From the NCBI GenBank assembly GCA_028279745.1, contig JANQNC010000001.1, positions 900,001 to 932,000 on the forward strand: a stretch of DNA of 32,000 bases, given 5' to 3'. The DNA is from Candidatus Nanoarchaeia archaeon (lineage in GTDB: Archaea; Nanobdellota; Nanobdellia; Woesearchaeales; JANQNC01). Below are positions 18,022-26,018 of the stretch, in pieces (the stretch's first letter is position 1; each line of letters begins with the position of its first letter). Below the pieces are notes generated by a model. That model saw nothing but the letters and a program-made list of their open reading frames with translations. It did no database searches and had not been told where the DNA came from. A program made the translations under genes and the position numbers.

Positions 18022-18117
18022 ACAGCTGGTTACGCTCAGCTGGCACGCAAAAAGCGACTCCTAGTGTTACGCACCGGAGTCCCTTGTGATTTGTCAGTTA
18101 GTAACTGTTGACGAAAG
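18022..18117 (+). other. tRNA intron 3 (96 nt), T-loop 59/60
   Basis: Near-ideal BHB. The outer helix is the T-stem GAGGG/CCCUC, and the central helix pairs UUCG 18016-18019 with CGAA 18112-18115. The bulges are AA|A (18020-18022) and AG|U (18116-18118). Splicing yields the canonical T-loop UUCGAAU. Confidence 0.75.
18054..18083 (+). repeat. 30-nt hairpin module, copy 2 (inside intron 3)
   Basis: GCGACTCCTAGTGTTACGCACCGGAGTCCC. One of the two differences turns a C-G pair into U-G; the other is in the apical loop. The copies are 150 nt apart in direct orientation. Confidence 0.9.
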
Positions 18118-18140
18118 TCCCTCCAGGTTCGTATTTTAAG

Positions 18141-19244
18141 ATGATACAAGAAGCATACCAGATAGCAAAAGAGAATTTGAGGAATTCGTATAGTGATAAA
18201 GGGGTGTTAGCAGGGACAACACACTTTTCAGACTACTGGGCAAGAGACGGACTCTATGCCGTATTTGGAATGTGTGAATTGGGGGATTTTGAAAAAATAA
18301 AAAAAGAGCTGCTTTTGTTGCTTAATTATCAGAAAAAGGATGGGCAGCTGCCTTTAAGGGTTGGACAGAAAAGTATGATCTTGAACTTTTTAGGAATTAA
18401 AGGTAAGATACAAGCAAGATATACAGAAGACAAAAAAGATAATGTTCCAACAGATCAAAATTCTTTGTTTATAATTGCATTAAAACATTATGTTGATAAG
18501 ACTGGAGACATTGATTTTGTAAAAAAGAACCATTCAAAGATAAAAAAAGTGATAGACTGGTATGGTGCAGGAGATCTGGTTGTTGAAGATGAATATTGCT
18601 CGTGGGCAGATAACATAAGAAAAAAAGGAAAAGTGCTGTATACGAATGTACTTTACTGTAAGGCATTATCAGATATGCATAAAATGGAGAATAAGCTGGG
18701 ACATAAATCAGAGTATATGAAAAAATCAGTTTTTATTAAAGAGAAAATCAACAAAGAATTCTGGAGCGGAAACTACTATTCAGACTGGATAGACTCTGAA
18801 GGGCGACATGATTATTTTACTGCCTGTGGAAACTTATTAGCAATAATATTTGATGTTGCAGACAAAGAGAAAGCATATAAGATACTTTATTTTATGGAAA
18901 AGAATAAGTTAGATGGGGGGTTCACAACACTTAATGCATTTCCAAGATACAAAAAAGAAGAAAAGTCAGCATTACTGAGATTTTTCGGGATGGATGACTA
19001 TCAAGACAATGTATACTGGTTATGGCCTGGCTGTTTGGATATAATAGCAAGACACAAAACAGGATTTAAGTATGAAGATCTTGTCAGGAAGATGTCAGAA
19101 AAGATTGTAGAGCATAAAGGAGTTTATGAAGTTTATAGTTTGGATGGGAAACCACTTAAGAGATTATTTTATAGGTCAGAAAAGAATTTTGCATGGAGTT
19201 CGTCTCTTTTTATACATGCTGTTCACGAAACAAAACTATTTTGA
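18141..19244 (+). CDS. Amylo-alpha-1,6-glucosidase (GDE_C)-like (alpha/alpha)6-barrel glycoside hydrolase
   Basis: The HFSDYWARDGLYAVFGM motif and overall pattern resemble archaeal glycogen-debranching-enzyme-related proteins. I prefer the ATG at 18141, because 18108-18140 lies inside or next to the tRNA gene. Confidence 0.65.
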   Translation: MIQEAYQIAKENLRNSYSDKGVLAGTTHFSDYWARDGLYAVFGMCELGDFEKIKKELLLLLNYQKKDGQLPLRVGQKSMILNFLGIKGKIQARYTEDKKDNVPTDQNSLFIIALKHYVDKTGDIDFVKKNHSKIKKVIDWYGAGDLVVEDEYCSWADNIRKKGKVLYTNVLYCKALSDMHKMENKLGHKSEYMKKSVFIKEKINKEFWSGNYYSDWIDSEGRHDYFTACGNLLAIIFDVADKEKAYKILYFMEKNKLDGGFTTLNAFPRYKKEEKSALLRFFGMDDYQDNVYWLWPGCLDIIARHKTGFKYEDLVRKMSEKIVEHKGVYEVYSLDGKPLKRLFYRSEKNFAWSSSLFIHAVHETKLF

Positions 19245-19260
19245 AAGTTGGGATTATAAA

Positions 19261-20103
19261 ATGATAAAAACAATATTGTTATTTGGCTTGGCGGTTTTGT
19301 TAGTGCTAAGAATAAAAGGCAAAATAAAAAGAGCAAAAAATATGAAAAAAAAGCCAAAAGTGATGAAAGGAGCAGAATCAAAGTTTATTAAAGGAGGGAA
19401 AGAAGGGGTGTTGTTATTGCATGGATTTACATCAACACCTGATGAGTTCCCTTGGATACTGAAGAACTTTCCAAAGAAAAAATATACTGTAAGTGCACCA
19501 TTACTAGCAGGGCATGGAACTTCTATAGAACATCTTGATACAACAACCTGGCAAGATTGGTATAGGTCAGCGGAAAAAGCATACAAAGAACTAAGAAAGA
19601 GCTGTGAAAAAATAATTATAGTGGGATCATCTTCAGGAGGCAATTTAGGCTTATTACTTGCTTCAAAATACAAAGTTGATTCAATAGTCTTAATGGGCAC
19701 AATAGTCAAGTTTAAATTTCATGAAGCAATAAGGGTATTAGCATCAATAACAGGAATATTTACTGATAAAATTAAGAAAAGACATTTTCCTAGGGTAATT
19801 GAAAAAGAGATAAACAAAAAAAGACACTATAGATTCATTCCTATAAAAAGTTTTAAAGTCTTATTTGGTCTAATGAAAGAATCAAGAAACGCGCTTTCAA
19901 ACGTTAAATCAAATCTTTTACTAATACAGTCTAACGATGACTTCTTAACTAATAAAAATAATGTGAGATGTATCTATAAACAAATAAACTCAAAAAACAA
20001 AGAAGCAATAATAATGGACAGTGCATTCCACATCCCAGTATTTGAAAAAGAAAGAAAAGAAATCAGAAGTCTAATTACACGTTATTTAGACCAAGTAAAA
20101 TAA
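19261..20103 (+). CDS. Membrane-anchored alpha/beta hydrolase (esterase/lipase-like)
   Basis: From the ATG at 19261 the N-terminus is MIKTILLFGLAVLLVL. Also present are LLLHGFTSTP and a nucleophile elbow GSSSGG (G-x-S-x-G). Confidence 0.7.
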   Translation: MIKTILLFGLAVLLVLRIKGKIKRAKNMKKKPKVMKGAESKFIKGGKEGVLLLHGFTSTPDEFPWILKNFPKKKYTVSAPLLAGHGTSIEHLDTTTWQDWYRSAEKAYKELRKSCEKIIIVGSSSGGNLGLLLASKYKVDSIVLMGTIVKFKFHEAIRVLASITGIFTDKIKKRHFPRVIEKEINKKRHYRFIPIKSFKVLFGLMKESRNALSNVKSNLLLIQSNDDFLTNKNNVRCIYKQINSKNKEAIIMDSAFHIPVFEKERKEIRSLITRYLDQVK

Positions 20104-20104
20104 G

Positions 20105-21202
20105 TCAGATAGTTTCTAATATTTCATCAGCAAGCTCTAAAGCTTCCTTACATGCAACGTCCATATTGATGTACTTATATCTTCCAAGCCTTCCCAAGAA
20201 ATAAGTGTCTTTTGTATTTTCTGCAAGCTCTTGATATTTTTTGAAAAGCTCTTTTGTTTCCTTTTGAGGTATAGGGTATGCAGGTACGCCTTCCCAAGTA
20301 GGGATTTCTTTCATAATCGTAGTCTTATCAGTCTTTTGATTCAAGAAATGTTTAAACTCGGTGATTCTAGTATAAGGAACATCAGGTCCTGGGTAGTTTA
20401 CTACCGAATTTTCCTGAAATAGCTCCTTGTCTTTGGTTTCTAATATAAATTTAAGAGCTCTATATTTTAATTTTCCAAATTTGAAATCAAAAAATTCATC
20501 AATCGGGGCTGTGCAAATTAGTTTTGAATAATCTATTTTGTTTATTACATCTTTGTAATCTGTATTAAGCTTAATTTGGATGTTTGGAGATGCAATAATC
20601 TTTTTGAACATTTCGGAAAAACCATTGATTGGGATTCCTTGAAGTTCATTACTAAAATAGTAATCATCTTCATCAAATCTTACAGGAATTCTTTCAAGAA
20701 CTTCTTTATCTAGATCTTCAGGATAACAATCCCATTGTTTTTTAGTGTAATATTTAATAAAAGCATCATAAAGCTCAGTGCCAATCCTAGAAAGAATAAC
20801 GTCTCGTGAATTTTTTATTATATCTATCTTTTCCCTTTTGTCCTCGAAAAACTCTTTCATACCTTCCCCGTCAAGATTAAGATTGTAAAACTTGTTGAAA
20901 GTTGTAAGATTAATTGGTACGGGGTAAAGCTTGTCTTTGTGTTTTGCAATAACTTTATGTTTGTAATCATTAAATTTTGTAAATCTATTTAGATATTCAG
21001 AAACATCTTCGAATTTGGTGTGAAATATGTGCGGGCCGTAAGTCTGAACCATAACTCCATTTTCGTCCAGCTTATCGCTACACTGACCACCAATATGATT
21101 CCTTTTTTCAACTATTAAAACATTAAGACCTTTTTCAGCCAGTCTCTGAGCAGCAACACAGCCAGAAAAACCAGCACCTACAATTAATACATCACACTTC
21201 AT
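20105..21202 (-). CDS. glf: UDP-galactopyranose mutase
   Basis: MKCDVLIVGAGFSGCVAAQRLAEKGLNVLIVEKRNHIGGQC is an FAD-binding N-terminus. The 365-aa length and overall collinearity match bacterial Glf. Confidence 0.9.
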   Translation of the reverse strand: MKCDVLIVGAGFSGCVAAQRLAEKGLNVLIVEKRNHIGGQCSDKLDENGVMVQTYGPHIFHTKFEDVSEYLNRFTKFNDYKHKVIAKHKDKLYPVPINLTTFNKFYNLNLDGEGMKEFFEDKREKIDIIKNSRDVILSRIGTELYDAFIKYYTKKQWDCYPEDLDKEVLERIPVRFDEDDYYFSNELQGIPINGFSEMFKKIIASPNIQIKLNTDYKDVINKIDYSKLICTAPIDEFFDFKFGKLKYRALKFILETKDKELFQENSVVNYPGPDVPYTRITEFKHFLNQKTDKTTIMKEIPTWEGVPAYPIPQKETKELFKKYQELAENTKDTYFLGRLGRYKYINMDVACKEALELADEILETI

Positions 21203-22358
21203 TTTTATTAAGCAGATTCAGTAAGAATTGAGCAATCTCATCACTGCCATTATCTATGGATAAATTCTCAATATTCTTAACATAATCATTATAGCCTCCT
21301 TTATCTTTTAGTATTTTAGTAACTAGTTCATAAGCTTGCTTAGGTTTTTTTCTATACCAACAAACTTTTTCTTTTAAGAATGCCTTCAATGCAGGTTCTT
21401 CATTCTTAAGACATTGCGTGATTATTATCGGTTTTTTGTAAATAAAAGATTCAAACATAAAAGATAATCCTGATTTACCCATCATCAAGTCAGAAGCAGA
21501 AACATACTCTTCCATGTTTGTAACAAAACCAAGAACAGTTAGCGAGAACTTTTTTGTGTTGTGGGTTTTAGCTAAGTTTTCAAGCTTGTTCTTCAAAGCT
21601 TCATTTCTGCCACACACAACAACCATCTGAACATCTAGATCTGATTCTATAAACGGAAGGATTATCTTATCTAAGTCTCCAATACCCTCTCCTCCCGAAA
21701 CCAAGGTAACTGTGAACTTATTTTTTTCTAAACCTAGTTTAGATCTTGTTCCGTTAACGTTAACTTTTTTACTTTGGAACACTTCTCTCAATGGAAAGTT
21801 AAAGTTTTTTATCTGTGAACCAGTTAATCCTTTTTTGGTTAATTTCTTGTTAGCATCTTTAGAATAAATAATTGTATAATCATTATTTTTGTTTATCCAA
21901 TTGCGATGAGGATCAAATGCATCGGTAATGAAAGAAACGGTTGGGACGTCAAGTTTATTTTCCTTCTTAAGATCTCCAACTATCTGGTTAAAAGTGAAGT
22001 GAGTTGTAAAAATTAAATCAGGTTTTGTTTGGGTTATGTAGTTAAGTATTTTTTTCTTTAAGTCTCTTCTCAAAAATTTTTCAACTTGATGTGCAACCCC
22101 ACTGTTTAAAATAGGATAAACTGTAGAAAAAAGTTTTGGGTTATTAAGACAGAAATTCCAGCTGTCTTTGTAAAAGTTATCAAATTTCAGACAACCAACC
22201 TCTTTTGCGCCATCAATAACTTGAAAGTCTATACTTTTATCCATTTTGTGGATAGAATTCTTTACTGCCATGGCAGGCATTTTGTGGCCAGAGCCAGCTT
22301 CCATCATAAGCGCTAGGATCTTTTTCATTTTTAAACCAGTGCTACTGTTTTTATTCAT
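21192..22358 (-). CDS. MGDG-synthase/UgtP-like glycosyltransferase (GT28-type, GT-B)
   Basis: N-terminal MEAGSGHKMPAMAV (G-x-G-H loop of MurG/MGDG-synthase-type enzymes). The C-terminal region has MMGKSGLSFMFESFIYKKPIIIT. An alternative start is the ATG at 22328. It overlaps the start of glf by 11 nt. Confidence 0.7.
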   Translation of the reverse strand: MNKNSSTGLKMKKILALMMEAGSGHKMPAMAVKNSIHKMDKSIDFQVIDGAKEVGCLKFDNFYKDSWNFCLNNPKLFSTVYPILNSGVAHQVEKFLRRDLKKKILNYITQTKPDLIFTTHFTFNQIVGDLKKENKLDVPTVSFITDAFDPHRNWINKNNDYTIIYSKDANKKLTKKGLTGSQIKNFNFPLREVFQSKKVNVNGTRSKLGLEKNKFTVTLVSGGEGIGDLDKIILPFIESDLDVQMVVVCGRNEALKNKLENLAKTHNTKKFSLTVLGFVTNMEEYVSASDLMMGKSGLSFMFESFIYKKPIIITQCLKNEEPALKAFLKEKVCWYRKKPKQAYELVTKILKDKGGYNDYVKNIENLSIDNGSDEIAQFLLNLLNKNEV

Positions 22359-22458
22359 GGAAAGGAAGGTGTTTTATAAAGCTATGCTCTCTCACATTTA
22401 AATAAAAATATGCTAATAGATAAGCTTTAAAAGGGAAAGTTATTAGTTAATAAAACAG

Positions 22459-23520
22459 ATGAAAGTACTACTCGGTGCCCTATCTTGGGGTTTAGGACAT
22501 GCAACAAGAGACCTTCCAGTACTAAAAAAAATGATTGATGAAGGTCATGAAGTTACTGTTTTAAGCTATGGGCGATCTCTTGAATTACTAAAACATACTC
22601 TAAAAGATAGATGTGAATACAAAGAGTTGTTTGATTACCCTTTACCATATACTAAGTCAAATTTAATGCCTGGGAAAATAATGCTTTACTTTCCAAGAAT
22701 TTTAAAGGCAATAAAAGATGAGCATAGAAAAGCACAAAAAATAATACATCAAGGAAACTTTGACAGAGTGATATCTGATGCAAGATATGGAGTTTATAGT
22801 TTAAAGAAACCTTCGTTCTTTATGACAAATCAAGTCAAATACATTTCTCCCGGAAGATTCTTTTTGGGAGAGTTAGCGACAGAATTTTTTAACCATAACT
22901 TTCACAAGAAGTTCAGTGCAGTTATTGTCCCAGATTATAGGGATAACTCTTTAAGCGGGGATTTAAGCCATAACTTGAAATTTCTTAAAGATAAAAGGAT
23001 AGAATATGTGGGGATGTTAACAGATCTTCAGAAGAAGGAAGTCAAGCAAGACATCGATCACTTTATCACTATATCAGGACCAGAACCACAAAGAACCTTA
23101 TTTCAGGAAAAGATATTCAAGCAGATAGACCAGCTAAAAGGGAGAATTGTTGTGACGTGCGGGAAGCCTGAGTCAATTAATAAAGATCTATTGGGGGATG
23201 TTGAAGTCCATACACATCTGAAAAGAGAAGATCAAGAAGATTTTACCAACAGAAGCAAAATGGTGATAGCAAGATCAGGATACACAACAATGATGGAACT
23301 AGTTGCACTAGGAAAAAAAGCATTATTGGTTCCAACACCTGGGCAAACAGAACAAGAGTACCTATCAAAATATCATAATAAGTTAGGAACCTTTTATTCG
23401 GTAAGCCAAAATAAATTCCAATTAGGAAGAGATGCAAAGATTGCAGAGAAATATTCTGGATTTAACGAACAACACGATACAAAAAAATCTGTAGACAAAT
23501 TTATGCAGATAATCTCTTAA
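22459..23520 (+). CDS. GT28 C-terminal-domain glycosyltransferase (MurG-like, similar to uncharacterised archaeal MJ1255-type proteins)
   Basis: N-terminal LSWGLGHATRDLPVLKKM. The C-terminal region is ARSGYTTMMELVALGKKALLVPTPGQTEQEYLSKY. Confidence 0.65.
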   Translation: MKVLLGALSWGLGHATRDLPVLKKMIDEGHEVTVLSYGRSLELLKHTLKDRCEYKELFDYPLPYTKSNLMPGKIMLYFPRILKAIKDEHRKAQKIIHQGNFDRVISDARYGVYSLKKPSFFMTNQVKYISPGRFFLGELATEFFNHNFHKKFSAVIVPDYRDNSLSGDLSHNLKFLKDKRIEYVGMLTDLQKKEVKQDIDHFITISGPEPQRTLFQEKIFKQIDQLKGRIVVTCGKPESINKDLLGDVEVHTHLKREDQEDFTNRSKMVIARSGYTTMMELVALGKKALLVPTPGQTEQEYLSKYHNKLGTFYSVSQNKFQLGRDAKIAEKYSGFNEQHDTKKSVDKFMQIIS

Positions 23521-25324
23521 GAAGTTCCATAACTTTCTTACCGTCAGCTTTACCTTTAAACTTAGCCATAGCCTTACCTATCAATGCATTGAAAGGAAGC
23601 CCTTTGTTTTCTTTAACTATTGTTTTAAGTTCTTTTTCTAGTTCTTCGTCAGAGATTAGCGCATACTTTTCTGGATTGATGCCTTCACCTTTACAGATGT
23701 CTAGTAGGATATCATTTACTGAATTCTTAGCAACCTTGCCTTGATCTAGCAAGGAGAACAGTTCTTTGAAGTTTTCATCTGTGATCTTATCTGTGTCAAC
23801 TTTTTCTTTTCTTGCCAACTCTTTCAGTGTTGGAATTAATGTTTCAGCAATAAAAGAAGGTTTGATGTTATTGAACTCTTTTACGCATTGATCAAACAAG
23901 TCTTTCTTTTCAGATTTTGAGATAAGGTTAGCTAGATCTTTACCAAGACCCATCTTTGTGTATCTTTCTGATACGTCTGTAATAAGCTCAGGAAGCTTGA
24001 TGTTCTTTATCTCTTCGTCAGATATGTGAGTTATAGGGACATCGGTCTCAGGATACATCCTTGCTGCACCAGGCATAGGTCTGATAAATACAGAAGTGCC
24101 GTCTGGTTGAGCATCTCTAACTTCTTCAGGGACTCCTTTGAAGAACTGATTGATTCTTGGTATGATGAGTTCTTTTAATAATGCAATAGCTTTTTCTTTA
24201 TCTCCTAATAACATAAACCAAGCATCATTATCTTTAAGCTTAAGCTGTTTTTCAACATTCTTTATCTCTTCCTCGCTAAACTTGTATTTTTTTAGGTCTT
24301 CATCAGAGTGGATTATTCCACCAAAGCCCCTAGTCTTAGCATAACCTGCTAACTCACTGCCAACCCTAAAACCAGTTGTTAGTTCCATGCCTAGGATACC
24401 TTTGAATTTGTCAATCTTGATTGCAGTTAAAGAGTTTTTCTTCTTTAGACCTGCATTAACAAACTTGCATTCTGTGTTTTTGAAAATTTCAGAAACGTCT
24501 ATTATTGACTTTTCATAATCTGCTTCTTTAACACCAACCAAATTTTCTTCCAACCTTATCAAGTTAATCTGTCTTTTAGCTTCATTCTCAATAAGAAGTG
24601 GAACAATCTTGATATCTTGAGCACCCTTAATCTCAATTCGAGAGCCACCTGTTACTGAAATGTTTAGGTCTTGTCTAATTGTGCCTAATCCTCGCTTAGC
24701 TTTTCCTGTACTTCTGAAAATCATGCCGATCTTTTCAGCAACCTCTTTAGCTTGTTCGGGAGTCTTGATGTCAGGACCGGTTGCAACTTCTATCAAAGGA
24801 ATTCCAAGTCGGTCAAGCCTGTAAACTGTGTAATCTTGTTCTTTTCCAATAATCTTAGCAGCATCTTCCTCTAAAAAAACACCTTCAATTGAGATTCCAT
24901 CTAGATCTCCATTAGTGGCAACAAAAGAAGTTCTTTGGAATCCTGAAGTATTAGAACCATTAACAACAGTCTTACGCATGAAATGAATGTCGTTGAATAT
25001 CTTACATTTGAGCATCTTAGCAAATTGGATTGTGGTGATTAAAGCATCTCTGTTAACTTTATGAGGGGGTTCTTCATCAAGTTCAACAAGACAAGTTGTA
25101 TCTGAGTAAGCTTCGTACAGAAAGTGCTGTTTCTTTAGCTGTTCAAGCTGTGCAGCAATATCAACTTTTCCACCCTCTCCTGCAGAAGCCCTAAGATAAC
25201 GTTTTAGTTTAATATCCGGTTCATCTTCCCTCATCAAAGTAGGACAGTCACAGAATAACTTTTTACCTTCTAGCTGTTGGTGAATTTCTAATCCAACTTT
25301 TAGGCCTATTTTTTCGTAATCCAT
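23501..25324 (-). CDS. gatE: Glutamyl-tRNA(Gln) amidotransferase subunit E
   Basis: MDYEKIGLKVGLEIHQQL...KLFCDCPT is a GatB/E-type N-terminus. The protein is 607 aa with a C-terminal YqeY-like tail. GatE is archaea-specific. Confidence 0.92.
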   Translation of the reverse strand: MDYEKIGLKVGLEIHQQLEGKKLFCDCPTLMREDEPDIKLKRYLRASAGEGGKVDIAAQLEQLKKQHFLYEAYSDTTCLVELDEEPPHKVNRDALITTIQFAKMLKCKIFNDIHFMRKTVVNGSNTSGFQRTSFVATNGDLDGISIEGVFLEEDAAKIIGKEQDYTVYRLDRLGIPLIEVATGPDIKTPEQAKEVAEKIGMIFRSTGKAKRGLGTIRQDLNISVTGGSRIEIKGAQDIKIVPLLIENEAKRQINLIRLEENLVGVKEADYEKSIIDVSEIFKNTECKFVNAGLKKKNSLTAIKIDKFKGILGMELTTGFRVGSELAGYAKTRGFGGIIHSDEDLKKYKFSEEEIKNVEKQLKLKDNDAWFMLLGDKEKAIALLKELIIPRINQFFKGVPEEVRDAQPDGTSVFIRPMPGAARMYPETDVPITHISDEEIKNIKLPELITDVSERYTKMGLGKDLANLISKSEKKDLFDQCVKEFNNIKPSFIAETLIPTLKELARKEKVDTDKITDENFKELFSLLDQGKVAKNSVNDILLDICKGEGINPEKYALISDEELEKELKTIVKENKGLPFNALIGKAMAKFKGKADGKKVMELLKRLSA

Positions 25325-25409
25325 GTGTTCAAAGATAGCTTGTGTGGTTTATATAGTTTACCAAAAGTTTTATTAAAAAGCAGGTTTTTGTGAGGTTAAA
25401 GGTTTTAAA

Positions 25410-26018
25410 ATGAAAGTGTCAAAGATTATTAAATACTCTTTAGATCAGTTACTTCCAAAAGCTGGTTTGAGACTAAGATTAGATTATATATATTCTTATG
25501 TTGCTGGAGAGTCGGTTAACTCCTCAAATTTATCAGGCTCTGTTGTAATTATTAAAGATACAAAGAGTGTTAAACTTTTAGCAGGATTGGACAAGTCAAG
25601 TGGCGCGAACAAAATAAGAAAAAGATTCAGAGAGTTTAAGGAACGTATAGCTATAGGAAATATGATGTATGCTGTGAAGGCCGAATCAACTCTTGCTGGT
25701 TATTATTGGGTCTCAAGAGACAGGGAGACAGTTCCTAAAGAGATTATAACTTCTCAGATCCCAGAAAGTTTTATTTATACTTATGACGCGTTTATAGATC
25801 CTCAGTTTAGGAGAAGAGGTTTGTTTGATAATCTAGTTTCAATAATTAAGAATGACCATGTAGATGGTATTAGAGGACTTGCGTGTTTTATATCCGTTTT
25901 TAATAAAAGGTCCCAGCGAGCTCATGAGAAACTGGATTTTAGAAAGCGATATCTGATTTTGACTTTTAAATTATTCAATAGGTTCAACTTTGTTAAAAGA
26001 TTAAAATGTTTTCAGTAG
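25410..26018 (+). CDS. GNAT-like acetyltransferase (divergent)
   Basis: Motif A-like IDPQFRRRGLFDNLVS followed by NKRSQRAHEKLDF. It overlaps the next gene by 13 nt. Confidence 0.5.
   Translation: MKVSKIIKYSLDQLLPKAGLRLRLDYIYSYVAGESVNSSNLSGSVVIIKDTKSVKLLAGLDKSSGANKIRKRFREFKERIAIGNMMYAVKAESTLAGYYWVSRDRETVPKEIITSQIPESFIYTYDAFIDPQFRRRGLFDNLVSIIKNDHVDGIRGLACFISVFNKRSQRAHEKLDFRKRYLILTFKLFNRFNFVKRLKCFQ

Larger units (their letters stand above)
17855..18131 (+). tRNA. tRNA-Arg(CCU) gene with three introns (in-silico spliced length 75 nt including discriminator G; CCA not encoded)
   Basis: It is a GC-rich island in AT-rich DNA. Exons are 17855-17874, 17965-17983, 18000-18021 and 18118-18131. Spliced, they give GAACCUG-UA-GCGC-AGCCUGGAUA-GCGC-A-AUAGC-CUCCUAA-GCUAU-AGGUC-GAGGG-UUCGAAU-CCCUC-CAGGUUC-G. 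All four stems are Watson-Crick. U8, A14, G15:C48, G18G19, A21, U33, A37, G53, U54U55C56, A58 and C61 are all present. Confidence 0.85.

Noticed and set aside
17855-18131. SRP (7S) RNA or RNase P RNA. The region has paired termini and a size of about 277 nt. It also has a CCUGUAG (UGUNR-like) motif near the 5' end and GACGAAAGUCC, which resembles RNase P CR-I, near the 3' end.
   Set aside because: I found no SRP helix-8 signature (GNAR loop with flanking AGCA/GGA loops). The CR-I-like motif is at the wrong end and has no P4 partner. Every element is explained better by the tRNA model: the CCUGUAGCGCAGCCUGG stretch is acceptor, U8A9 and D-arm, and CGAAAGU-CCCUC is the BHB plus the T-stem.
18108-18140. 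N-terminal extension of the glycosidase-like ORF (MTKVPPGSYFK) from the ORF track.
   Set aside because: It would be translated from intron 3 and exon 4 of the tRNA gene. The in-frame ATG at 18141 gives a sensible N-terminus.
19126-19260. A 45-aa N-terminal extension of the alpha/beta hydrolase ORF that overlaps the end of the previous gene.
   Set aside because: The ATG at 19261 is followed immediately by a typical hydrophobic anchor (MIKTILLFGLAVLLVL) and avoids a 119-nt overlap. For the same reason I trimmed 4141-4194 and 5159-5212 from their ORFs.
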